Origin: an uncultured Muribaculaceae bacterium
Lineage (GTDB): Bacteria > Bacillota_I > Bacilli_A > RF39 > UBA660
Assembly: GCA_964416365.1 (NCBI GenBank)
Contig: CAYQDO010000002.1
Span: forward strand, 1-57,726
Direction of reading: 5' to 3'
Length of the DNA: 57,726 nt
Positions 6,876-14,924 of the stretch are shown in pieces (the stretch's first letter is position 1; every line of letters starts with the position of its first letter). The notes beneath the pieces were generated by a model. That model was not told where the DNA came from, did not search any database, and saw only the letters and a program-made list of their open reading frames with translations. Made by a program: the position numbers and the translations under genes.

Positions 6876-8075
6876 ATGGAACTACTAGCTAATAAAATGA
6901 GACCTAAAAGTTTAAAAGATATTATTGGTCAAGAACACATAGTGGGACCTAATAAAATTTTAACAAATTTAATTAATAATAATAAATTATTCTCGATAAT
7001 TTTATATGGAACACCAGGTACTGGAAAAACTTCACTTGCTGAAGCGATTGTTAATGATCTAAAAAAAGAATATCGATTGCTTAATGCCGTTATAAATAAT
7101 AAAAGTGATTTTGATATTGTTATCGAAGAAGCGAAAATGAATGGTGAAATGATTTTAATAATTGATGAAATCCACCGTATGAATAAAGATAAACAAGACC
7201 TTCTTTTACCCTATATTGAGAGTGGTTTAATAATTATTATTGGACTTACCACTTCTAATCCTTATCATTCAATTAATCCGGCTATAAGGAGTAGATGTCA
7301 GATTTTTGAGGTTACTCCTCTATCTTCTGATGATATTAAAAAAGGATTAAAGAGAGCTTGTAAATATTTAGAAAATATTAAGGTAACTGATAAAGTATTA
7401 GACATGATAATCTCTTCTAGTTCTGGAGATTTGAGAAGCGCTATAAATTTACTAGAGATGGCTTATTACAGTACTAATGATCATGTCATAACTAAAGAAG
7501 TTTTACTAACTATAAATACCAAACCAGTAATCTATATTGATAAGAATGACACAAATTATTATGATACGATTAGTGCTCTGCAAAAATCAATTCGGGGTAG
7601 TGATGCTAATGCTGCCTTATATTATTTGGGAGTACTTTTAGAGGCTGAAGATTTAGATATTATTTTTAGAAGACTAACAGTTATTGCATATGAAGATATA
7701 GGTCTAGCTAATCCGGGAATTGGACCTAAAGTAATGGCTGCTATTGAAGCAGTAAATATGTTAGGCTTACCAGAAGGAAGAATCCCACTAGCCACAGTTG
7801 TTATTGAAATGGCCTTGTCACCTAAAAGTAACAGTGCTATATCAGCAATTGATAATGCTTTAAATGAAATAAGCAATGGTAATATTAATCCCGTACCAAA
7901 ACATCTTAAAACCAGTAGTAAAGATTATAAATATCCGCACAATTATAAAAAATACTGGGTTGAACAGCAATATTTACCAGATAATTTGAAAGACAACAAA
8001 TTTTATTATCCAAAAATAAACAATTATGAAAATAATTTAAACAAAATAAATCAAGAAATGAGGAATAATAAATGA
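6876..8075 (+). CDS. rarA: Replication-associated recombination protein A (RarA/MgsA AAA+ ATPase)
   Basis: Walker A GTPGTGKTS, Walker B IIDEIHRM, and the C-terminal MgsA motif ISALQKSIRGSDANAALYY. I prefer the ATG at 6876 (GGTGAAG SD) to 6846. Confidence 0.92.
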   Translation: MELLANKMRPKSLKDIIGQEHIVGPNKILTNLINNNKLFSIILYGTPGTGKTSLAEAIVNDLKKEYRLLNAVINNKSDFDIVIEEAKMNGEMILIIDEIHRMNKDKQDLLLPYIESGLIIIIGLTTSNPYHSINPAIRSRCQIFEVTPLSSDDIKKGLKRACKYLENIKVTDKVLDMIISSSSGDLRSAINLLEMAYYSTNDHVITKEVLLTINTKPVIYIDKNDTNYYDTISALQKSIRGSDANAALYYLGVLLEAEDLDIIFRRLTVIAYEDIGLANPGIGPKVMAAIEAVNMLGLPEGRIPLATVVIEMALSPKSNSAISAIDNALNEISNGNINPVPKHLKTSSKDYKYPHNYKKYWVEQQYLPDNLKDNKFYYPKINNYENNLNKINQEMRNNK

Positions 8076-9040
8076 ATATTACAATAATGGGTAGCGGGGC
8101 TTTTGGTTTTGCGATTGCTATGATGTTACGAAAAAATGGCCATAATATTAAAATGTGGTCTCATTCAGAGGAACAAGTCAGAGATTTACAAAATGGTAAA
8201 TTAGAACTTATCCCTGGAATCAAGATTCCTAAAGATATAAATTTTACTTCAAGTTATGAAGAATCTTTAGTAAATTGTGATATAGTATTTATCATGGTAG
8301 CTGCTAAATTCGTCGGCGATGTTGCGGAGCAAATGAAACCTTATATAAACTCCGATATGCATTTCTGTATTGGTAGTAAGGGTATTGAACAAGGCAGTTG
8401 TAAATTTGTTCATCAAATTTTTAAAGAACATATCAAGACCAAAAATCTTTCGGTAATATCAGGACCATCTTTTGCCGTTGATGTAGTTAATAATGAGCCA
8501 ATTGGGTTTGCTATAGCCAGTGAGTCAGTTAAATCCCGTAATGTGGTTGTTAAGGCTCTTACTAGTGATACTATTAAACTTAGACCAAGTTCTGACATAA
8601 TTGGAGTCGAACTTTGTGGCTCTATTAAAAATGTTATTGCTGTTGCCGCAGGTATGTTAGAAGGCTTAGGATATAAAGAATCTACTAGAAGTTTTTTGAT
8701 TGTTGAATCAATGCATGATATTAAAGAATTAATTAAAGGTTTAGGTGGTAAGAAAAAAACTATTTTAAGTTTTTCTGGTATTGGAGATTTACTACTTACT
8801 TGTACTAGTGTTAAAAGTCGTAATTATTCATATGGCATTTTATTAGGTCAGAAAGATTATGATGGAGCAAGAAAGTATCTAGAAACTACCACTGTTGAAG
8901 GATATTATACTTTAAAATCAATCTATACCCTTCTACGTCGTAAGAAAATTAAAATGCCTGTTATTGATTTAATTTATAAAATAGTTATGAAAAATGAAGA
9001 TCCTTCTTTATTAGTCAATTTCTTAATTACAAAAAAATAA
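8072..9040 (+). CDS. gpsA: NAD(P)H-dependent glycerol-3-phosphate dehydrogenase
   Basis: N-terminal Rossmann IMGSGAFG and GSIKNVIAVAAG. ATGA overlap with the rarA stop. Confidence 0.9.
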   Translation: MNITIMGSGAFGFAIAMMLRKNGHNIKMWSHSEEQVRDLQNGKLELIPGIKIPKDINFTSSYEESLVNCDIVFIMVAAKFVGDVAEQMKPYINSDMHFCIGSKGIEQGSCKFVHQIFKEHIKTKNLSVISGPSFAVDVVNNEPIGFAIASESVKSRNVVVKALTSDTIKLRPSSDIIGVELCGSIKNVIAVAAGMLEGLGYKESTRSFLIVESMHDIKELIKGLGGKKKTILSFSGIGDLLLTCTSVKSRNYSYGILLGQKDYDGARKYLETTTVEGYYTLKSIYTLLRRKKIKMPVIDLIYKIVMKNEDPSLLVNFLITKK

Positions 9041-9058
9041 ACTCATTTGAGTTTATTT
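9035..9058. terminator. Bidirectional terminator between the convergent gpsA and tcdA
   Basis: AAATAAACTC-attt-GAGTTTATTT overlaps both stop codons. Confidence 0.6.
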
Positions 9059-9724
9059 TTTTGTTATATCATTAATAACGTAGCTAGCACATAATAAACC
9101 AGCTATTCCCGGCATATAACTTACCGTACCTAGTTTATCAGTAGTTACTGGATTTTCCGTACTACTAACTACCATAATTTTTTTATTTATTTTTAGTTCT
9201 TTAACTTTTCTTCTTAAGATTCTTGCAATAGGGTCATTTTTGGTTTTTGCTAATTCTGTGATGGAAAATAAGGCTGGATTAGTTTTATTAGCAGTACCCA
9301 TACAAGAAATAAATTTATATTTATATTTTAAAGATTTTTCAATTATTAATAATTTGGTACTTACGGTATCACAGGCATCGATTACATAAACATATTTATT
9401 TTGTAATACCTCATCAATATTATCTTTATCCAAATTATATTTGAATGCTGTAATATTAAGATTGGGATTGATCTTTAAAGCTCTTTCTTTAGCTACTTCT
9501 ACTTTAGTTAAACCAATATTTTCATTGGAAGTTATAATTTGTCTATTTAAATTAGAAATTTCAATATTATCACGATCAATAATCGCTATATTTTGAATAC
9601 CAGAACGCACTAGAGCTTCTAGAGCATAGCCCCCTACTCCACCAATACCTACAACAAGTACTTTAGTAGATTGAAGTCTTGAAAATTTATCTTTACCAAT
9701 TAAGGTAATTAATCTTTCAAACAT
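9053..9724 (-). CDS. tcdA: tRNA threonylcarbamoyladenosine dehydratase (ThiF-family, TcdA/YrvM)
   Basis: ThiF-type fold with VLVVGIGGVGG and SNLNRQ. GGAGGGG SD. Confidence 0.85.
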   Translation of the reverse strand: MFERLITLIGKDKFSRLQSTKVLVVGIGGVGGYALEALVRSGIQNIAIIDRDNIEISNLNRQIITSNENIGLTKVEVAKERALKINPNLNITAFKYNLDKDNIDEVLQNKYVYVIDACDTVSTKLLIIEKSLKYKYKFISCMGTANKTNPALFSITELAKTKNDPIARILRRKVKELKINKKIMVVSSTENPVTTDKLGTVSYMPGIAGLLCASYVINDITKK

Positions 9725-9738
9725 AGCCCCTCCAAAAT

Positions 9739-9900
9739 AAAAAAAGCCTAGTAACAGTCAATGATAAAGCCCCGCTCTATCAAAGGTGGGCATCACATAA
9801 GAAGTTTTAGGATCCTAGGTTTTACTAGTTTTCAACACCACTGCTTAATTAGACTCCCAATTATATAATTTGTCGGTCTTATATATAACTGTTACTAGAC
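9739..9900 (-). ncRNA. ssrS: Structured ~160-nt RNA with a 13-bp 5'/3' closing helix; 6S RNA candidate
   Basis: An extended -10 promoter places +1 at G9900. Nt 1-13 pair with nt 143-155, then a U-run follows. Internal helices are UGGGAGUC/GAUGCCCA and a 7-bp hairpin GAUAGAG-cgggg-CUUUAUC. Three G-U pairs exist only on the minus strand. The region is G+C-enriched relative to its flanks. It sits directly upstream of tcdA, where I recall bsrA lies in B. subtilis. Confidence 0.5.
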
Positions 9901-9906
9901 AATTTA

Positions 9907-9915
9907 ATTATATCA
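9907..9915 (-). promoter_or_regulatory. Extended -10 promoter (TGATATAAT) of the structured RNA
   Basis: On the minus strand, TG lies at 9914-9915 and TATAAT at 9907-9912. The first base of the closing helix is 7 nt downstream. Confidence 0.5.
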
Positions 9916-9941
9916 TTAGATTATTTAAATTAAAAGTATTT

Positions 9942-10457
9942 TTACAAACTTTTGATAAATTCAATAATGGGCATAATGTGCCCATTATTTTTCATTTTAA
10001 TAACAGGTATATTTAAAGCATTTGCTATGCTAAGGGAATTTTCTATTTCATTTTCTTGGAATTTTTCTAATAACTTTAGATCAAATTTTATTTTATCTCT
10101 TTCATATAATCTCTTACTAATTGATTTGACATTATCATATAAGATAATAATCCCAATAACTTTCATTCTCTTAAACCAATTATTATCTAACTTAACTATT
10201 TTATCTTTAATATTAATTAGACATGTATGGCCATTTAAGACAAAAAGATGATCTTTAATGTCTTTTTTTAGACTATCTAATAATATTTTTTGATTTTTAT
10301 TAATATTTAGAGCCCTTTTGTTGATATCAGTACGAGAATTATACTTTTTAATTAATTCACTTGCGGAATAAATAGGAATATTGAGCTTTTTATTAATTCT
10401 TTCACAAATGTGGTTCTTTCCTACACCATGTATTCCAGTTAATAATATTACTTTCAT
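9942..10457 (-). CDS. Small P-loop NTPase / kinase-like protein
   Basis: 171 aa with an N-terminal GIHGVGKN loop (Asn where Ser/Thr is usual). Its size is that of nucleoside/nucleotide-kinase-like proteins. I recognise no specific family. Confidence 0.55.
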   Translation of the reverse strand: MKVILLTGIHGVGKNHICERINKKLNIPIYSASELIKKYNSRTDINKRALNINKNQKILLDSLKKDIKDHLFVLNGHTCLINIKDKIVKLDNNWFKRMKVIGIIILYDNVKSISKRLYERDKIKFDLKLLEKFQENEIENSLSIANALNIPVIKMKNNGHIMPIIEFIKSL

Positions 10458-10506
10458 AATTACACCTATCTTTAGTATAAATTCTTCTATATTAATTATA
10501 CAAAAA

Positions 10507-11322
10507 TTAGTTGTCTTTGTAATTATCTAAAAATGAATGTTTTTCTTTATTATAATGATAACCTAATACAGTATTTAAATTGATGTTGTCACTGCTTTTA
10601 AAGATATTTTTATCGATATCTTTATATACTTTCCGAAGATTTTCAATTAACTCTTTTATTTCTCTTCTTTTACTATCTACTTTTTTACTTGTAACGTTAC
10701 AAGCACAATTAATAAAAGTTAAATTATTATAATTAACCCATCTTTTAATATCATATTCTTTGACTAAATAAAGGGGCCTAATTAATTCCATACCTGGATA
10801 ATGATCACTTTTAAGTTTGGGCATCATTGATCCATATGCCCCGGCATAAAGCAGGTTAAGCATAATAGTTTCAATGACATCATCAAAATGATGGCCTAAA
10901 GCAATTTTATTGCAACCTAAATCCATCGCTTTACGATATAAATACCCTCTTCTTTTTCTCGCACATAAATAGCAAGAATTTTTCTCTTTATCTAATTCTT
11001 CAAAAATATTGGTTTTAAAGATTTCGATGTCTAAATCAAAGTATTGAGCGTTCTTTTTAATTAAATTTATGACCTTAGGAGAATATCCTGGATCCATAAC
11101 AATGTATTTTAAACCAAACTTAATAATATAGTGACGTTCTATTTCCCTTAAAACTAAAGCAAGCAAAAAGGAATCCTTACCACCACTTATGCAGACAGCT
11201 ATGTTATCGCCCTCTTCTATCATCTTGTATTCATCCATAGCTTTAATGGTTTTTTTCCATATATCTTTACGATAAGTTTTTAAAACACTTTTTATTATAT
11301 CTTTATTATCTATTTTTCCCAT
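10507..11322 (-). CDS. PP-loop ATPase, TtcA (tRNA 2-thiocytidine synthetase) family
   Basis: SGGKDS PP-loop (VCISGGKDSFLL) plus Cys motifs CYLCARKRRGYLY and CACN. Confidence 0.75.
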   Translation of the reverse strand: MGKIDNKDIIKSVLKTYRKDIWKKTIKAMDEYKMIEEGDNIAVCISGGKDSFLLALVLREIERHYIIKFGLKYIVMDPGYSPKVINLIKKNAQYFDLDIEIFKTNIFEELDKEKNSCYLCARKRRGYLYRKAMDLGCNKIALGHHFDDVIETIMLNLLYAGAYGSMMPKLKSDHYPGMELIRPLYLVKEYDIKRWVNYNNLTFINCACNVTSKKVDSKRREIKELIENLRKVYKDIDKNIFKSSDNINLNTVLGYHYNKEKHSFLDNYKDN

Positions 11323-11362
11323 ATATAACCTCTTTTGTTAATATAAATATAATATCAAAATA

Positions 11363-11392
11363 TCAAAAAAAATAAAACTATATGTTTTATTT
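11363..11392 (-). terminator. Intrinsic terminator after the HerA-like gene
   Basis: On the minus strand: TAA-AATAAAAC-atata-GTTTTATT-TTTTTT. Confidence 0.6.
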
Positions 11393-13159
11393 TTAAGCTA
11401 TTTTACTACCTTTCCATCTTTCTACGACATCACAGTTACTTGAGTATGGAAGTGGATTTGGCAGTTCCATTTTAATTAATAATGGAATTTTAAAGGCACT
11501 ACCAAATGATACTAAAGTTCCTGGTTGTAATGAATTTAATTTTTCTATAACATCAGTAGAAATATTAGGTAGCATTTTTTCAATGTACTCTAAATCTTTT
11601 GGATGGGTCATTTTATGAACTAGGAAATTACTCATTTGGGCAACAACAGTTTCACTTATATCAACTGGTCTTTGACTTATTAAATTAAGTAATACACCAT
11701 ATTTACGGCCTTCTTTAGCTATTCTTTCAAATATATTATAACCCAATAAGAATTGATCATTGTCTTTAACCACATAGCGATGGGCTTCTTCAATAATTAA
11801 ATGGAATGGTATAGAAGCTCTTACTTTTCTAGATTTAGCAAAGTCAAAAATCATTTTACTCATAATCTTAACAATCACTTTAGCTAGATTGTCATCAATA
11901 TCTTCTAAGTTTATATTAATTATCTGACTTCTTTTGTTATTCATAATAATTAAACTAGAAATATAACTATCTAAATCTAAATATTGCTTAAAATCAAAAT
12001 ATTGACGGTTTTTACTATTTAATAAAGAATGCAATCTAACCTTTAAAATAATAGCAGAATCTTGCATTAATCGATTATTTAGGAATCCTTCACCAATTAA
12101 AGTAAAGTTTAGAGCTTTTTCTAAATCATTTAAAGTAAAGAAAGCATCTTTGGCAATTTCCATTTGAGATTCAATATTTTCATCTAAGTTTTTGGCAATA
12201 TATTCATTAATTAAAACGGACTCACCAAATTCTCCCTTGGAATCAATTTTAAAACATTCTGAGAATCTTCTTGTATATCCTATACCTTGAATTTCTGCAT
12301 TCATATTAAAGGCTGGTGTTTGGCAAGAGGCTATAATAGTAAAAATATCATTTTTCTTACCACTGGCATTTTGATTACTGAATAAAACAGCTTGAATGGC
12401 ACTGGCTATTAGATGATTCTTTAATTTTTCCGTTTGTTCATCTTTCTTACTGAACAATTTAACTAGTTTCATCATGCGTTCAATAATAGTTAATTGAGCA
12501 TGGTTTTCCGCACTTAATAAAAGAGCAATATCATCATTGGTTAGTAAGAAAATTGGTATTTGTAATAGCATGTCTGTTGACTCAGTTGGGTTAGTAGTTA
12601 AAAATTTATATTGATAGTTAGAATTAACTTGATCAATTACTTTAAAAGCACTTTTATATTCTCCATAAGCATCAAAAATAAACATATTAGCATTGTAAGT
12701 TAAAAAGTTTTTATTCAAATAAATATTTTGAATTATTCTTGATACAGAACAAGATTTACCTGATCCGGAATTACCGAATATGGCTAAATGATTGGAAAAT
12801 AAATCATTGATATTTATATAAATATTTCTTTCATTATAGGTTGGACTTTTACCAATATATAAACTTTCTGTTTCATTTTTACCCATGATAATATCTAATT
12901 CATGATCATTAATAATTCTCATTCTAGATGATAATGAAGGTTTTTTGATAGTACCTGGAATAAATTTGTTGGAAGCAAATTCACCTAAAAGTTGTATTTT
13001 TACGGTATCTTCATCAACGTTTTTTACTTCCCCTAAAAGGGTGTCTTTCTCATATTCGAATACAACATGAAGATTCATTAAATTAGCGATAATTTGGCCT
13101 TCTTTATTAATTTCTACAACGGCTATATTATCACTAATATACTTTATTTTTCCAAACAT
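11393..13159 (-). CDS. HerA/FtsK-like hexameric ATPase (DUF87-type), with no partner gene
   Basis: An N-terminal beta-barrel-like segment is followed by Walker A GNSGSGKS, Walker B HLIIEEAHRYV and GRKYGVLLNLISQRP. I prefer the ATG at 13159 (GAGGTTGG SD) to the TTG at 13168. Confidence 0.75.
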   Translation of the reverse strand: MFGKIKYISDNIAVVEINKEGQIIANLMNLHVVFEYEKDTLLGEVKNVDEDTVKIQLLGEFASNKFIPGTIKKPSLSSRMRIINDHELDIIMGKNETESLYIGKSPTYNERNIYININDLFSNHLAIFGNSGSGKSCSVSRIIQNIYLNKNFLTYNANMFIFDAYGEYKSAFKVIDQVNSNYQYKFLTTNPTESTDMLLQIPIFLLTNDDIALLLSAENHAQLTIIERMMKLVKLFSKKDEQTEKLKNHLIASAIQAVLFSNQNASGKKNDIFTIIASCQTPAFNMNAEIQGIGYTRRFSECFKIDSKGEFGESVLINEYIAKNLDENIESQMEIAKDAFFTLNDLEKALNFTLIGEGFLNNRLMQDSAIILKVRLHSLLNSKNRQYFDFKQYLDLDSYISSLIIMNNKRSQIININLEDIDDNLAKVIVKIMSKMIFDFAKSRKVRASIPFHLIIEEAHRYVVKDNDQFLLGYNIFERIAKEGRKYGVLLNLISQRPVDISETVVAQMSNFLVHKMTHPKDLEYIEKMLPNISTDVIEKLNSLQPGTLVSFGSAFKIPLLIKMELPNPLPYSSNCDVVERWKGSKIA

Positions 13160-13228
13160 TATAACCAACCTCTTTATTCTTTATTATTATAAAAAAATTA
13201 TATCATAGTTAATATAATTTTTAAATAG

Positions 13229-13254
13229 CAAAAAAAAGAGATTATCGGTCTCTT
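13229..13254 (-). terminator. Intrinsic terminator of the 37-aa micro-ORF
   Basis: On the minus strand: AGAGA-ccgataa-TCTCT followed by T8. Confidence 0.6.
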
Positions 13255-13355
13255 AGTAAAACAATTAATAAGATAAACATTATTAAGATTAATATTCCTA
13301 ATACAGAATATATGATAATATCTTTATTATTAATTAAAAACTCTTTAATTAGCAT
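13242..13355 (-). CDS. 37-aa single-TM micro-protein, absent from the supplied ORF track
   Basis: Sequence MLIKEFLINNKDIIIYSVLGILILIMFILLIVLLRDR. An AGGA SD lies 6 nt upstream and TGATATAAT (extended -10) about 30 nt upstream. It has its own terminator. Confidence 0.5.
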   Translation of the reverse strand: MLIKEFLINNKDIIIYSVLGILILIMFILLIVLLRDR

Positions 13356-13428
13356 GTCTATCCTACTTTCTATTTGCTTCAATTATATCACTTATTTTAA
13401 AAATAATAGACATTCTATGCAACTTGAC

Positions 13429-13470
13429 GCTGAAAAAAAGACATTACTTTTTCAATGTCTTTTTTTCAGC
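13429..13470. terminator. Strong terminator ending the hisS...gatB operon
   Basis: Perfect 17-bp inverted repeat GCTGAAAAAAAGACATT / AATGTCTTTTTTTCAGC with an 8-nt loop, 27 nt after the gatB stop. Confidence 0.8.
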
Positions 13471-13496
13471 ATATTGTGAGCTTGTCACTTTACATA

Positions 13497-14924
13497 TTAA
13501 GATAATTTATTCGTTAAAATCTCTTTTACTTTAACTGGATTTGCTTTTCCTCTGGTTTCTTTCATAGTTTGTCCGACAAAATAATCAAATAAATTTGTTT
13601 TGCCATTTTTGTATTCTGTAACCTGATTTGGACTATTTGCAATTATTTTATCAATAATAGCCTCTAGTTCATCTTCATTATCTAGTTGCTCCATACCATA
13701 TTTTTTAATAAGCGTTTCTGGTTCTTCTTGTTCTTCTAAAACCTTAAAGAATAAATCTTTAGCTTGTTTAGAACTTATAGAACCTTTCTTTAAAGGATCT
13801 AGGATATTATATAAACGTTTTGGTGTAATAAAAAATTCATTTATTTCCATTTCATGTTTATTTAAATATCCCATTATTTGGGTTGTAATCCAGTTAGTAG
13901 CATCTTTAGGATCAATGCCTAATCTAATACATTCTTCAAAATAGTCACTGTTTTCTTTAGTTTTAACGATAACACCTGCATCATAATTAGAAAGACCATA
14001 TTCCGTAATATAGTTATTTTTCCTTTCAAGTGGTAAAACGGGAATTTCTTTTTTTATTTCCTCTAACCATGCTTTTTCGATTTTGAATTTCGGAATATTA
14101 GGATCAATATAATATTTATAGTCAATACTTTCTACTTTTTCTCTCATTCTAATAGTGGTCGCAGTTTCATCGTCCCAGCGACGAGTTTCTTGTATAATTT
14201 CATCTTTTCTACCAGAATTGATTAAATTGGATTGACGTTCTATTTCGTATAGAATTGCTGCGTGAACGTTACTGAACGAATTAACGTTTTTAATTTCAAC
14301 TTTAGTACCTAATTCGGTAGCACCTTCTTCCATTAAAGAAACGTTAACATCACATCTAATTTGACCTTTTTTAGTATCAGCTTCTGAGCAATCCGTATAC
14401 TTATAAATATTTCTTAAATATTCTAGGAACGCTACCGCTGCTTCTGGAGAATAAATACAAGGATCCGTAACTATTTCTAGTAGTGGTACTCCACTACGGT
14501 TATAGTCTATTAATGAATAATCAAAAAAGTGATCAAGTGATGCTGTATCTTCTTCAAGGTGAATATCATGAATATAGACAGGAACTAATTTTTCTCCTAC
14601 TTCAATATCAATTTTACCATTGATACCAACTGGTTTAGTACTTTGCGTAATTTGATAACCTTTTGGTAAGTCTGGATAATAATAGTTTTTACGGTCAAAT
14701 ACTAGCATATCAGGAATTTGACAATTTAAGCATATAGCCATTTTAATAGCTTTCTTAACCGCTTCTTTGTTGACAATTGGCAAGATTCCTGGGAAAGCCA
14801 TATCAATCGCTGTAACAGTCGAATTTGGTAAATCACTATAAGTATTGCGTGATTTAGAAAATACTTTTGAGATAGTTTTTAATTCACAGTGCATTTCTAG
14901 TCCAATAACTACTTTTAAAGCCAT
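13497..14924 (-). CDS. gatB: Asp/Glu-tRNA amidotransferase subunit B
   Basis: Full-length GatB (VIGLEMHCEL, C-terminal YqeY-like domain). The ATG at 14924 overlaps the gatA TAA as TAATG, with an AAAGGGG SD. I do not use the track's GTG at 14933. Confidence 0.95.
   Translation of the reverse strand: MALKVVIGLEMHCELKTISKVFSKSRNTYSDLPNSTVTAIDMAFPGILPIVNKEAVKKAIKMAICLNCQIPDMLVFDRKNYYYPDLPKGYQITQSTKPVGINGKIDIEVGEKLVPVYIHDIHLEEDTASLDHFFDYSLIDYNRSGVPLLEIVTDPCIYSPEAAVAFLEYLRNIYKYTDCSEADTKKGQIRCDVNVSLMEEGATELGTKVEIKNVNSFSNVHAAILYEIERQSNLINSGRKDEIIQETRRWDDETATTIRMREKVESIDYKYYIDPNIPKFKIEKAWLEEIKKEIPVLPLERKNNYITEYGLSNYDAGVIVKTKENSDYFEECIRLGIDPKDATNWITTQIMGYLNKHEMEINEFFITPKRLYNILDPLKKGSISSKQAKDLFFKVLEEQEEPETLIKKYGMEQLDNEDELEAIIDKIIANSPNQVTEYKNGKTNLFDYFVGQTMKETRGKANPVKVKEILTNKLS

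Noticed and set aside
9808-9817. Perfect 10-bp palindrome TAGGATCCTA
   Set aside because: I considered it as a protein-binding or restriction-related site. It most simply forms the apical 3-bp stem and tetraloop of the candidate RNA, and it does not recur elsewhere.
9739-9900. Interpreting the structured RNA as a T-box or classic riboswitch leader of tcdA
   Set aside because: It has no T-box sequence, AGAGA/GNUGNRA elements or ligand-riboswitch core that I recognise. The only terminator-like feature is the long-range closing helix plus U-run, not a local hairpin. I kept it as an ncRNA (6S candidate), but a cis-regulatory role cannot be excluded.
9942-13159. HerA-like + PP-loop ATPase + P-loop protein as one multi-gene defence operon
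   Set aside because: A terminator (11363-11392) and promoter-like sequences separate the genes, and the PP-loop protein looks like an ordinary TtcA-family tRNA enzyme. I report only the HerA-like gene, as an orphan.
13429-13470. Perfect 17-bp inverted repeat, considered as a mobile-element end or REP-like repeat
   Set aside because: It is a single copy in the window. It lies 27 nt after the gatB stop and has internal A/T runs, which fits a strong bidirectional intrinsic terminator.
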